Source of the DNA: Eledone cirrhosa | Taxonomy: Eukaryota | Reading direction: 5' to 3' | DNA length: 64,000 bases | Assembly: GCA_964016885.1 (NCBI GenBank) | Contig: OZ024764.1 | Coordinates: 25,420,001 to 25,484,000, forward strand | Part shown: positions 23,045 through 36,132 of the stretch, piece after piece | How the letters are laid out: every line of letters begins with the position of its first letter | How positions within the stretch are numbered: the first letter of the stretch is position 1 | The notes under the pieces: generated by a model | Databases searched by the model: none | What the model was told of the DNA's origin: nothing | Seen by the model: the letters and a program-made list of their open reading frames with translations, nothing else | Position numbers and translations under genes: made by a program

Positions 23045-23835
23045 TATATATATATATTTTATATATGGTTTCATACACTAACCTCATACCACTCCCATCA
23101 CCTCATTAATTCCTTATAGCACATGTCCCCTTTAATGATGTCTAAACAGCACATCCTACCCACTACCTAATAGTAAAACACAGCAGCCTTTCATCTCATA
23201 TCATACACCACACCACACCACACCTACACCACACACACAGCACCTCAGCTTCAACACATACACACCATGTCTAGGGCTAGCCAAAACACCACACCCCCTT
23301 TGCTCCTCACCAATACCTAGTCACTACACTCAGACCCCCAAAACAACATAAACTGACCAACATATGAACGTGTGACGCTCTCTAGACAAGGGAAGTAGCT
23401 AGAGTTACTTCCCATTGAAATTCTAGAATCTTCCTTGTAACTTCTGGTCAAGGGATTATAAAAGAGGGAACTCAAATCTATCTTCCTCTTTTTGGCGACC
23501 TCTTCTCAAACTGATCACCTTTCTCTAGCCACCTCTCAAGGTTCAGGATTGTACCTCTTATAACACGAGGATATTTGTTTACCACATTTGTAACATGGAC
23601 TACATTAAATGCAAGTTAATTTTGATATTCATTTGAGAAACTTGTCACGTTTTCAGTCGTTACTTTTTGTAGTGAGAGATAATTCTTACACGGCCTGATA
23701 TTGTATGAAAATTCTCCTCTCTCATATCTCTATTAAATTTAATAGTTGGGATCCGGTGGTATTTACTGGAGTAAGTAACTCTGGGACCAGCTCACTAAAA
23801 ACGTTAGACTTATTATATGCCATCTTTATTTATTC

Positions 23836-25338
23836 TCTCTCAGTCTCCTCTCTCGCACACTACATTCTATCCCTCTCAGACACAGATTCTCTCTCAACAC
23901 ATTCATGCTGGGTCGTTCACGCACATAGACACTGCACATCCAACGTAGCATACTTGCTTCATTTCTCTCCAGCCGTCGTATAACCTCTGCAGTTGCTGCC
24001 CATGTCTCACTACCATGCAACATCGCACTCCTCACACAGGCATCATATCACTGGCCTTTCGTATGCAGGGAGAAACCCTTCTTCGTCAGCAGAGGAAACA
24101 GCTCCCTAAACTTTTTCCAACCCATCCTTATTCTAGTTACTATGGCCCGGAACCCCCCCCCCCCCCTCCCATACTAATCTGATCTCCTAGGTACCGGAAG
24201 CTATCCACCACTTCTATAGCGCCCTCTTGCATTTGAAAAATGTGTCTATCAGTGCGACTTCTACTGTCTAATTTCCCTGTACATCTACTGCATACATATT
24301 TATCCCTAACTGTTAGTTTGCCTGCTATCCCACTACATCTCTTGTGTACCCAGGATCTGCATTGTGTGCATTTTATAGAATTTATGCCAGTTCCTTTTCT
24401 GCATATCGAACATGGCCATTTCCCTGACGGAATCAGAGTTTTGTCCTCTTTTTTACTCATCAACACTTTAGTCTTAGCTAGGTTCACTCTTAGTCCTCTT
24501 GCTTCCAACTGCTGTTTCCATAGCCAGAATTTATTCTCTAGCTCCTCTACTGATTCTGCTATAAGAACCAGATCATCAGCATAGAGAAGTTCCCATGGAC
24601 AGCCAGTCTTAAACCCCTATGTTATGACCTAACCTTGATGTACTCCTACTTGTATCTGGAATTCCTCACTAAACTCCATTCCTACCCTGACCTTACTGAC
24701 ATTACCTCTGTACAAAGTTTGCACTGTCCTCACAAGCCATTCCTCAACACCTTAGGGACTACCAGATGACAGATTGGGGTACCCTATCAAAGGCCCTCTC
24801 TAGGTCAACAAAGGCTAAGTATAGTGGCCTAAATTTGTATTTTAGTGAAAGGTCTTTTAGCTTCCAGACCTTTCTTCTCCACACCTTCCTGTATGTCTCA
24901 TTCCATCTCTTGCTTACTGAGATATCACTAACGACTAACCTATGCTGTGGGGTACATTCTTCCCCGGGGTATGCCTTGGTATTAGACACTATCTGCCTGT
25001 CTCGCTGCCTAACTAGTAAGAAGTCAATCTGGCTTATGTGCTCACCAGATTTGTAGGTTATTAGGTGATTGGCAGGTTTCTGGAAGTTAGTGTTGCAAAT
25101 AGTCAGTGTACTTGCATCACAAAATTCCAGAAGTCTCACTCCTTCTTCATTTCTTGAGCTGTAACAGTGCCCACCATGTACCCCAGTGTAACCATCCTGG
25201 AGCTGTCCAGCATGACCATTGAAGTCCCCTGTTAGCATAACGATGTCTCCATACTCTGTCACTGTGGCAGTTTGTAAAAGTTGCTCGTAAAAGCAGTCTT
25301 TCTCATCTTTACCTAGGCCTGCTTGGGGAGCATAGGCA
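23836..25338 (-). mobile_element. Internally deleted RTE LINE fragment
   Basis: ISAYAPQ, TGDFNGH, DLERAFDRV, PHD-like WPCSIC..WVHKRC and MLHGSETW. Confidence 0.85.
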
Positions 25339-25352
25339 GAGATATATATTAC

Positions 25353-25640
<288 letters not shown>

Positions 25641-25725
25641 GGAAAGAGAGCGGGAGGGAAAGAGAGCGGGAGGAAGAAAGCACAATGAGACAGACAGACA
25701 TACAGATAGAAGGGCAAAGACAAAC

Positions 25726-25974
25726 CTCGTAGGCCGATATGATGTCTGAGTCTCTTCTCTCTGATTCCTCTGGCCACCTGGTGGACAGATTGACTACGAG
25801 AGACACAATCAGCCAAGTTGAGTCCACGGACAATGGCTGTGGTAGCTGTTAGAGACTGGTGGTCACTTTTACGACGACTGCCCAGCAGGCTGGATACTTT
25901 GATGAAGAGAGTTGAGCCGATATTTTGATGGATCGTGGATTTTGAGGAATTTTTGAAGATCACTGTCAGCAAAG
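25726..25974 (-). CDS. Host gene exon 4 in window (end of PKDCC C-terminal domain + linker)
   Basis: ctttcag|CT TTG...CGA G|gtttgt; 249 nt, phase 1/1. LTVIFKNSSKSTIHQNIGSTLFIK resembles the PKDCC end (LVFFKTG..PNKTTYVK). It then continues without a stop to IREKRLRHHIGLR. Confidence 0.8.
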
Positions 25975-26157
25975 CTGAAAGAAGGAAAAGCCAATCAATC
26001 ATAATCAATAAGAGATGAGAAAAGATCAACGTATGACTTACATCAAGATGAGCCAAAGTCAAGGCAATATCTAGAACAAGGTAGCAGCAAGATCAAGGCA
26101 AAACCAAAACCATTTGACAGGATATCATAGTCAATGACCATAAAGAAAAAATAAATG

Positions 26158-28287
26158 TCTTCTAACTTATCTCTATCTCTACAGTATATATCTTCTAACA
26201 TATCTCTATCTCTGCAGATATATCTTCTAACTTATCTCTATCTCTACAGTAAATATCTTCTAACTTATCTCTATCTCTATAGTATATATCTTCTAACTTA
26301 TCTCTATTTCTACAGTATATATCTTCTAACTTATCTCTATCTCTACAGTATATATCTTCTAACATATCTCTATCTCTACAGTATATATCTTCTAACTTAT
26401 CTCTATCTCTACAGTATATATCTTCTAACTTATCTCTATCTCTACAGTATATATCTTCTAACATATCTCTATCTCTACAGTATATATCTTCTAACTTATC
26501 TCTATCTCTACAGTATATATCTTCTAACATATCTCTATCTCTACAGTATATATCTTCTAACTTATCTCTATCTCTACAGTATATATCTTCTAACTTATCT
26601 CTATCTCTACAGTATATATCTTCTAACTTATCTCTATATGTCTACAGTATATATCTTCTAACATATCTCTATCTCTACAGTATATATCTTCTAACATATC
26701 TCTATTTCTACAGTATATATCTTCTAACTTATCTATATCTCTACAGTATATATCTTCTAACTTATCTCTATCTCTACAGTATATATCTTCTAACTTATCT
26801 CTATATGTCTACAGTATATATCTTCTAACTTATCTCTATCTCTACAGTATATACCTTCTAACTTATCTCTATCTCTACAGTATATATCTTCTAACATATC
26901 TCTATCTCTACAGTATATATCTTCTAACTTATCTCTATATGTCTACAGTATATATCTTCTAACTTATCTCTATCTCTACAGTATATATCTTCTAACATAT
27001 CTCTATCTCTACAGTATATATCTTCTAACTTATCTCTATCTCTACAGTATATATCTTCTAACATATCTCTATCTCTACAGTATATATCTTCTAACTTATC
27101 CCTATCTCTACAGTATATATCTTCTAACATATCTCTATATGTCTACAGTATATATCTTCTAACATATCTCTATCTCTACAGTATATATCTTCTAACTTAT
27201 CTCTATCTCTACAGTATATATCTTCTAACATATCTCTATCTCTACAGTATATATCTTCTAACATATCTCTATATGTCTACAGTATATATCTTCTAACTTA
27301 TCTATATCTCTACAGTATATATCTTCTAACTTATCTATATCTCTACAGTATATATCTTCTAACTTATCTATATCTCTACAGTATATATCTTCTAACATAT
27401 CTCTATCTCTACAGTATATATCTTCTAACATATCTCTATCTCTACAGTATATATCTTCTAACTTATCTATATCTCTACAGTATATATCTTCTAACTTATC
27501 TCTATCTCTACAGTATATATCTTCTAACATATCTCTATCTCTACAGTATATATCTTCTAACATATCTCTATCTCTACAGTATATATCTTCTAACTTATCT
27601 CTATCTCTACAGTATATATCTTCTAACATATCCCTATCTCTACAGTATATATCTTCTAACTTATCTCTATCTCTACAGTATATATCTTCTAACATATCTC
27701 TATCTCTACAGTATATATCTTCTAACATATCTCTATCTCTACAGTATATATCTTCTAACATATCTCTATCTCTACAGTATATATCTTCTAACTTATCTCT
27801 ATCTCTACAGTATATATCTTCTAACATATCTCTATCTCTACAGTATATATCTTCTAACATATCTCTATCTCTACAGTATATATCTTCTAACATATCTCTA
27901 TCTCTACAGTATATATCTTCTAACTTATCTCTATCTCTACAGTATATATCTTCTAACTTATCTCTATTTCTACAGTATATATCTTCTAACTTATCTCTAT
28001 CTCTACAGTATATATCTTCTAACATATCTCTATCTCTACAGTATATATCTTCTAACTTATCTCTATATGTCTACAGTATATATCTTCTAACTTATCTCTA
28101 TCTCTACAGTATATATCTTCTAACATATCTCTATCTCTACAGTATATATCTTCTAACTTATCTCTATCTCTACAGTATATATCTTCTAACATATCTCTAT
28201 ATGTCTACAGTATATATATTCTAACTTATCTCTATCTCTACAGTATATATCTTCTAACTTATCTCTATCTCTACAGATATATCTTCT
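26158..28287. repeat. 33-bp tandem array (~64 units)
   Basis: Unit TCTTCTAAC(T/A)TATCTCTATCTCTACAGTATATA; gives 11-aa periodic ORFs. Confidence 0.97.
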
Positions 28288-28329
28288 ATGAAATGGAGAA
28301 ATTATCCAAATATAAAGATCCAGCAGATC

Positions 28330-28645
28330 TGAAGAGAGCAATGACTGGAATGTGAATGATGAAAACAGAAGCAATCTCTATAATAATGTGTTCCGTGAAT
28401 GATAAAAAATCCAAACTGAGGAAAGAATTGCTGGACAGATTTTACAGGCAAAACCTTACTGGCAAGAGACCCAGGGTTATACCCCGAGCGAGATGGTTGG
28501 ATAACGTCCATGTGCTTGGCTGATCATGCTTGGAAATCCAGTCAGATCAGTTGGAAATGGTTGCTTCTGACAGGACCCCCTGGAAGGAGTGTTTGAGGTC
28601 TCTTCCCCCATGACCCTCTCAGGAATAAGTGGGCGAAGAAGGAGA
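28330..28645 (+). mobile_element. Old RTE-type LINE 3' end fragment
   Basis: Similar to 8150-8428 (gaggaaagaat.gctggacagattttacaggcaaa...ctctcaggaataagtgggc). Confidence 0.65.
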
Positions 28646-28940
28646 TACATAACCAAAACCCCAGGACTTACCAATATATACAGTATACAGAAAATGGGAC
28701 TATTAGGACTGTACACATATTATATAGAGTACCCAAGGACTTACAAATATATATATGTAAATATATAGCTGCCCGTCCTTAGTTTCTGTTAGAACACACT
28801 AGATGGTGCTATGTCATTAGTTTTTATATTCATAGCTAAAGGCTTTAAAAATGTTTATTAATAAACCGTATATTGCCAGATATACAAATTCACGTACTAC
28901 ATACACAAAGCTATGCTAGAGATAATGCCCTTATCATCTA

Positions 28941-29352
28941 TCTATATACTACTAAAACTCCACGATTCTGTGCTTGTCTGTAATTGAATATCCCCAAAAC
29001 GGCGCATAATGAGAAAATAGTTTGAAAGGAAGGTGCCCCTGAAATGGGAATACAAATGGAATAAAATAAGTTTTGCGTAAATCAGAGCACAGGTTCTCGA
29101 GATATGGGGTTTACTGGGTACCTTCATAAATAGAAATAGAAAGAGATAATGGTTGTGAGAGAGTAGATTGAAAGAGAGACATAGAGAGAGAGAAGAAGAG
29201 AAGAAAAATGGAAGAGAGAGAGCTGGTGGTGTTCATCTCACATTATATACATGTCTGTGTATATTTTAATTATTTAAAAATTATTTTTAAGTGAACATGA
29301 TATTTTAAAATATTTTTAAGTGAATGTGACCCAATGGGTCACGGGAGGTTTA

Positions 29353-29353
<1 letters not shown>
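28941..29353 (+). mobile_element. Probable non-autonomous Helitron
   Basis: 5' end A|TCTATATACTACTAAAACTC; subterminal hairpin GTGACCCA-A-TGGGTCAC (29326-29342); 3' end TTAG|T, a variant of CTRR. Confidence 0.5.
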
Positions 29354-29408
<55 letters not shown>

Positions 29409-30039
29409 AAGGACGGTGTGCTCATGTACAAAATTGCTATAAAATACAGAAAGACCCTTAAAGACAGAAAAAGAAGTTGCCACTGGTTGCTATGAGGAAT
29501 TGAAACCCATAGCAACCAGTTGATGGTTGCAACTCGATTTCGAGTAATGCCATCGCTTGATACTTAAGCATGAACATCATGAATGTAGCTTTTTAGTCCT
29601 GCTAGGGACCTACCTATGGCCAGCAATACCATGCATCGTAAAAAAACGCCACAAAATGCGATGCCTGTACTTGAAGCTTGTTTTAAACGAGGAAAAGCTT
29701 TACCTAAAAAGAATAACTGGTCTACATCATTGGATGCAAACGAAGTCGCAGGTTTTATATCAGAAGTGACCTTCTCCTAGAGAGACTAGGAGTCTCTCGC
29801 TCCACAATAAAAAAAAATAATGGATGGCCGTTGACTCTTCCGAGTTCCTCCACCCTGTGTTTTTCAGCGCTACTGGTAACATGTAACCCAGTACAGCCTG
29901 TGCATAGTTGGGTTGTTGGCGAATAAACCGGCAACCCCACCGCTTGTTGGGGAGGATGATCTACTAGTCACTACTAGTCACTGCACACATAGTATGAAGA
30001 GTACTCTCAATACAATAGAAATAACAACACTGCACATAC

Positions 30040-31312
30040 CTCAGTGCATTACTGGTACTTTATTTTACCGATCCCGTTAGGATGAAAGGCAAAGTTAACC
30101 TCGGCAGGATTTGAACTTAGAATGTAAAGGGACATAACTACATGCTGCAAAGCTGTAGTCTGATGCTCTATTAATACTGCCTATAACTCCGACCTAATAA
30201 TAATATTAACCACTCTGCCAATCCCGCCGGGGTCAACTTTGCCTTTCATCCTTTTGAGGTCAATAAAGTACCAGTGCTGTACTGGGGTTGATTCTTCCTC
30301 TATAGAAAAACTCGGCTGTGTTCAGACCTGGAGAGGGCTGGGCTCTGCCAGGTTTAAAAGTGCCCTAGACACACCGTATGACAGTGCCTCTATGACTCCA
30401 CAAGGAGTTATGGGATCTTTAATCCTTATTAGCTATACAGGGTTTACATTAAGAAGACAGTAAAGATGGTAGAGTGTGGCTTTTGTTGTGAAAGAAAGAT
30501 TTATAACAATCACTAAAAAAAACAAACATTTAAAAAATCCACCATAAATTTCCCCAAAGTGGGGATACCTCCACAAATAGCCACAGTAATCTTGACTGAT
30601 GGGGTAACAGCCCTCTCTCAGTTGTCCTCCTAATAGTATTGATTTCTACTTTAGGCACAAGGCCAGCAATTTGAAGGCGAAGGGGAAAGTCGATTAAATC
30701 GACCCCAGTACATTACTGGTACTATATTTTATTGACCCTGTCAGGATGAAAGGCAAAGCTAACCTCAGCAGGATATGAACCCAGAACGTAAAGGGCCGAA
30801 ACCCTATGCTGCAAAGCATGTTGTCTGACACTCTACCGATACTGCCAATCCACTGCCCTTGTCCTCCTAATAATTGTTTCTACTTTTGGCACAAGGCCAG
30901 CAATTACCCCAGTGCATTACTGGTACTTTATTTTATCAATTCTGTAAGGATGAAAGGCAAAGTTAACCTCGGCTATAATGATTTCTTTTATTGGTTGCAA
31001 GGGCCCAAGACATTGAGGACAAGGGCCCAAGACATTGAGGATAATACAAAGACAAAAAACAACACATATTTGGGTTTACATCGAGTAAAGGAAAGGGCAC
31101 ATTGACAAAGAGGTAATAATAATAATAATTGTTTCTACGTTAGGCACAAGGTCAGAAATTACCCAGTGTATTACTGGTACTTTATTTTATTGACCCCATA
31201 AGGATGAAAGGCAAAGTTAACCTTGGCGGGATTTGAACTCAGAATGGCAAGGGCCGTAACTCTATGTTAGAAAGCATGGCGTCCGACCCTCTACCAATAC
31301 TGCCAATCCACC
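30040..31312 (-). mobile_element. Cluster of tRNA-derived SINE copies and fragments
   Basis: Repeated cagt.cattactggtact..aggatgaaaggcaaagttaacctc..ggatttgaac; the last part is the reverse complement of a B-box-like GTTCAAATCC. Copies at ~30040, 30640, 30875 and 31128. Confidence 0.75.
30210..30423 (+). mobile_element. SINE copy whose 3' part holds a single unit of the 40-bp satellite
   Basis: Reverse-complement homolog of 43520-43730; ends gtgcctctatgactccacaaggagttatgggatcttt. Confidence 0.75.
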
Positions 31313-31350
31313 GGGTAACAATAATAATGATATTATCTGAGTCAACTTAC

Positions 31351-31543
31351 GATCAGTATCAGGGTTTCCTGAGAGAATGACAAAGGCTTTACAAATAGGG
31401 TCCCTGGTACACATCTGTTTGGCTTGGGAGATGTTGTAGGCCGTCTTCACACAGCCCCAACTGGCACGAGAGTACACACACGTATAGTCAAACTGTCCTG
31501 GAATGTTTGATGCATTGTATCGGAAATAACGGACGTCGTTATC
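31351..31543 (-). CDS. Host gene exon 3 in window (PKDCC/VLK C-terminal Cys-rich domain)
   Basis: tgacag|GAT...GAT C|gtaagt; 193 nt, phase 0/1. FDYTCVYSRASWGCVKTAYNISQAKQMCTRDPICKAFVI matches the Cys spacing of PKDCC DYRC..GSC..VCESHAQCRAFVV. Confidence 0.88.
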
Positions 31544-32157
31544 CTGTCAGTGAAGAAGACAAAGAAGAAAAGAAAGAAAAAATAATTATTGAAAAACGTT
31601 TGTTTTGAAATCTTAATCGTTTTGCTAACAAACCACCTGAAACTGCTTCTAGATTATTCTATAATACAGAACTGTTCATTTTAAAGTGCACAAACGTTTC
31701 ATTAAAATGTTATGTAAGAATCAGTTCTGTATAAGCAAGACATGGTCAGCTGACCTATCATTGTCCACAAGACAACTCTTCTAACCCATGCTAGTGTGGA
31801 AAATGGATGTAAAACGGTGATGATGATGAATCTTTAAATTATGAAAATTATTTTGTACAGTGCTCTGGTGCACTACAACTCATCAAAGGTGCATGTATAG
31901 TACATAGAATAATGCACAAATCACAGATTTCCAAGAATTTTTAATGATAGGAGTCCCCTACTAATGCAGATTTAGCTAGCCTCCTATGAGGTTGTATCTC
32001 ATAGTATATATCCTATGCCTTTTAATGATAGGGACCCCTGTTCAAGGAAGTGATCGACCAGATCACAGACTTTATTTGCTTACCGACTGGGGTGGAACAC
32101 ATCAACAAAAGTTTGCTGTATTTGATAAATGTAACTAACCATAAACACTAGAACACT

Positions 32158-32741
32158 TTGGCTACCTCATATGTCTCAAGAGGCGGGAGCTTCTATTTGG
32201 CTACCTCATATGTCTTAAGAGGCGGGAGCTTCTATTTGGCTACCTCATATGTCTTAAGAGGCGGGAGCTTCTATTTGGCTACCTCATATGTCTTAAGAGG
32301 CGGGAGCTTCTATTTGGCTACCTCATATGTCTCAAGAGGCGGGAGCTTCTATTTGGCTACCTCATATGTCTCAAGAGGTGGGAGCTTCTATTTGGCTACC
32401 TCATATGTCTCAAGAGGTGGGAGCTTCTATTTGGCTACCTGATATGTCTCAAGAGGCGGGAGCTTCTATTTGGCTACCTCATATGTCTCAAGAGGTGGGA
32501 GCTTCTATTTGGCTACCTCATATGTCTCAAGAGGTGGGAGCTTCTATTTGGCTACCTCATATGTCTCAAGAGGCGGGAGCTTCTATTTGGCTACCTCATA
32601 TGTCTCAAGAGGCGGGAGCTTCTATTTGGCTACCTCATATGTCTCAAGAGGTGGGAGCTTCTATTTGGCTACCTCATATGTCTCAAGAGGCGGGAGCTTC
32701 TATTTGGCTACCTCATATGTCTCAAGAGGTGGGAGCTTCTA
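32158..32741. repeat. 39-bp tandem array (~15 units)
   Basis: Unit TTGGCTACCTCATATGTCTCAAGAGG(C/T)GGGAGCTTCTAT. Confidence 0.97.
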
Positions 32742-33000
32742 ACTTTTAATTTTTGTTTGTTTTTGTCTTTAATCGATTGACAAGATCCCAGATCTTATAT
32801 GTCTACTGACTGGGTTGGAACTCATAAAATCGGACCAAGGAAACAATGTTTCCATCGGTCGTTTCATTGCTGATGCTTTCTACTGGTTGCCAGCCACACA
32901 TTTCCACGAACACCAACTAAATAACGAGAAAGTTAGTTATATTACTAAATAGCTTTACATTACCTATGATTTTCAAAATGATTTGAAAATCATAGGTAAT

Positions 33001-33570
33001 GTATTTCATTAAAAATATGGTAATGAAAGGGTTAAAGTGTTTATATTTATCTAAAAACCTTCCATTATAATTTTATGTAAGAACCTTTGTTAAGTTATGT
33101 TCCAAACACCAAGTGTCTTTCATTAGAAATATGGTAATGAAAGGGTTAAAGTGTTTATATTTATCTAAAAACCTTCCATTATAATTTTATGTAAGAACCT
33201 TTGTTAAGTTGTGTTCCAAACACCAACAGTGTCTTTCATTAGAAATATGGTAATGAAAGGGTTAAAATGTTTATATTTATCTAAAAACCTTCCATCATAA
33301 TTTCATGTAAGAACCTTTGTTAAGTTGTGTTCCAAACACCAACAGTGTCTTTCATTAGAAATATGGTAATGAAAGGGTTAAAGTGTTTATATTTATCTAA
33401 AAACCTTCCATCATAATTTCATGTAAGAACCTTTGTTAAGTTGTGTTCCAAACACCAACAGTGTCTTTCATTAGAAATATGGTAATGAAAGGGTTAAAGT
33501 GTTTATATTTATCTAAAAACCTTCCATCATAATTTCATGTAAGAACCTTTGTTAAGTTATGTTCCAAAGA
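33001..33570. repeat. ~119-bp tandem array (~5 units) containing a TTAA-MITE-like terminus
   Basis: Each unit contains AATATGGTAATGAAAGGGTTAA. Confidence 0.85.
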
Positions 33571-33799
33571 CCATCTTATTAATGGGAAAATTAGTTATAA
33601 ATAATACAAAATCCCTCGAAATTCTTGAATATTTCCATAATTATTTGAAAATCATATGGAACCGTGTCTTTCAACCATAATTTTATGTGAGAACCTTTAA
33701 GTTATGTTCCAAACACCAGCTTAATTGATGAAAATGTTAATTTTGTTACTAAATTGCTTCCAAATTCTCATTTATTTTCAATATCATTTCAATACCATA

Positions 33800-34145
33800 C
33801 CATGTATTAGAAATAGGGTAACAAAAGAGGTTCCTTTGTAGGGTCTTTGGAATAACTTTACTTGATAGAGTGCATAGCTTGGAGATGAGAAAGTCACTCC
33901 AGGTAGAGCCCTTACTTCTCCACAGCTCCAATAATATGGACATGTAGAAAGAATCACTAGATAGGGCGGAACCAGCTGAAGACTGAGGGCTAGAACACTG
34001 AGTAAGATGGTTGGATAAAATCTATGAGCTTCAGGATCCAGCCAGATCAATTGCAGACAGTTCCTTCTGACAGGACCTTCTGGAAGGCGTGCTTGAGGAC
34101 TCTACCCATATGGCCCCCCAGGAATAATTGGGTTAAGAAGATGAA
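33800..34145 (+). mobile_element. Old RTE-type LINE 3' end fragment
   Basis: Similar to 8050-8428 (cactccaggtagagcc, agatggttggataa, caggaataa). Confidence 0.6.
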
Positions 34146-34424
34146 GTAAGGAAAGGGTTAAATGGTTGAGTACACTGCATCAATGAAAACACTGGAATTG
34201 AATAGAGGGGGGGGAGGGATTTTTACAAGGACATCCCTAAAACAAAAATATGGCCCACATAGTACACAGTATGGAGGCTTGGAAGACCACTGACCAAGGT
34301 AGTATTCAATACACATTTAAATACAGAGCTGATATAGATATTTGGCAAAATCTCTACAGAGAAATTTCCATTTTAGCTGCCTTCTAGCTTGCTCGCTCTG
34401 TTGAGATTTTATTGAATATATATA

Positions 34425-34873
34425 ACGTCCATCTTCCACGCTAGCATGGGTTAGATGGTTTTGTTCCATTCGAAGCAGGAATGGTCGGGAGGCTGTTTCT
34501 CGCTCGTATTGAAGTGTCTCAGGAAGGGCATCCAACTGTAAAAAACCTGCCAAACACCAACTACTTTTACAGACAATGTGGACTGGGAGCCTTTTTACCG
34601 TGTCTCCTACATGACCACCTTACAGTGTGGACTGTTGTGTCATTGACACAGTGGACAGAATGGGAGAGGGGGGATGGGTAGGGTGTACATTGGGTTAAGA
34701 GGTGCCTACTGACTGTAGGTTTGTATGCAATGGCAGTCGGGTCTTCTGTACAACTGCATGGCGCCAAAGATTTCGATCCAGTGTCATTGTCTTAGAGAGG
34801 TGTAGGTGAGCAAGGTCAGTTTTTATCACCTCGTCCCAGTTTTTCTTGGTCTACCCACTCTGTAGCTTCCATC
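34425..34873 (-). mobile_element. RTE 3' end fragment
   Basis: aacgtccatcttccacgctagcatgggttag tail plus a remnant of the ORF end. Confidence 0.7.
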
Positions 34874-35174
34874 ATATGTATATGTGTGTATATATGTATG
34901 TGTTTGTGTGTATATATAAAAGGTAAACACCCCCTTCGGTCACAAATAACCATGGGTTTTGCACCTAGAAAATTCCAGAGCAAGGTGGAAGACCAACAGT
35001 CCCCTATGTATACCACACTCCTCTCTCTACACCAATGTTGTTGTCCAAGGGAAAGGCAAGATATAGCTTGGCACCAGTGATGTCTCAACTCATATATACT
35101 ATATATACACCATATATACTATATATACACCATATGTACTATACATACACCATATGTACTATAGACGCGGATGG

Positions 35175-35498
35175 CTAACATAACCCCATCTCCCTCACCA
35201 AAGTTATGTTGGTACCACAACATCCAGTCCTAAATAAATGAGGTCGTGTAGGTGTCATGACAAAAAAAACACACAGTCCACGCTGTAATGTGGCCGTGTA
35301 GGTAACACGGTAAAAAGTTCTCAGTCCACACTGTAAACATGGTTGGTGTTAGGAAGGGCATCCAGCCGTAGAAAATCTCCCAGACAGTCCTATACGAGCG
35401 AGACACGGTCACCCGACCAATCTTGCCTCAAGTGGGACAATTCCCGTCTAAACCATGCTAGCGTGGAGGATGGATGTTAAACGAAGATGATGATGATA
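35175..35498 (+). mobile_element. RTE 3' UTR fragment with (GAT)n tail running into (TA)n
   Basis: ccatgctagcgtggaggatggatgttaaacgaagatgatgatgat. Confidence 0.75.
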
Positions 35499-35689
35499 TA
35501 TATATATATTATGTACAGTATATATACACTATATGATATTGTCTAAGAGAAAGACAAATGATGATACAGCTTGGCACCAGTGACGTGACAACATATATAC
35601 ATTATAGACTTACTATAAATACACTATATACACCTTATATACACTACATTTAGACTATATATACACTAAACTATATAATTATGTTGTCC

Positions 35690-35870
35690 AAGGGAAAGGT
35701 AATGACTGATACAGCTTGACACCAGTGACGTGACAATTCATTTCTACAGCTGAGTAAACTGGGGCAATGTGAAATAAAGTGTCTTGCTCAAGGATACAAT
35801 GCTTCACATGGTCCGAGAATCGAACTCACAATCTCATTATTGCGAATCCAACTCTTTAACCACTAAGCCA
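35690..35870 (-). mobile_element. tRNA-derived SINE of a second family (fragments also at ~34915-35090 and ~35540)
   Basis: gcttggcaccagtga, aaagtgtcttgctcaagga and gaatcgaactc (reverse complement of a B-box-like motif). Confidence 0.55.
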
Positions 35871-36132
35871 CATATATCGGTTGACCAATTCCTTAGGAGT
35901 GAAGTTTGGTAGACAGAAAGATTTTGGAAGCCAGACATATGAAAGTAGAGGCTGGAAAAGGTTAGTAAGAATGTTAAGAATGAGTGGAAAGAACAGGGCT
36001 ACCCACAAGCGACCCAACAACAGGGCCAGCAACGAACATACCACTACGTCCCCTCCCCATACAATTTACAAATGTTTCACACCATACAGAAGACAGCATG
36101 ATTAGACACTGCATATTGCATTAAAAAAATAA

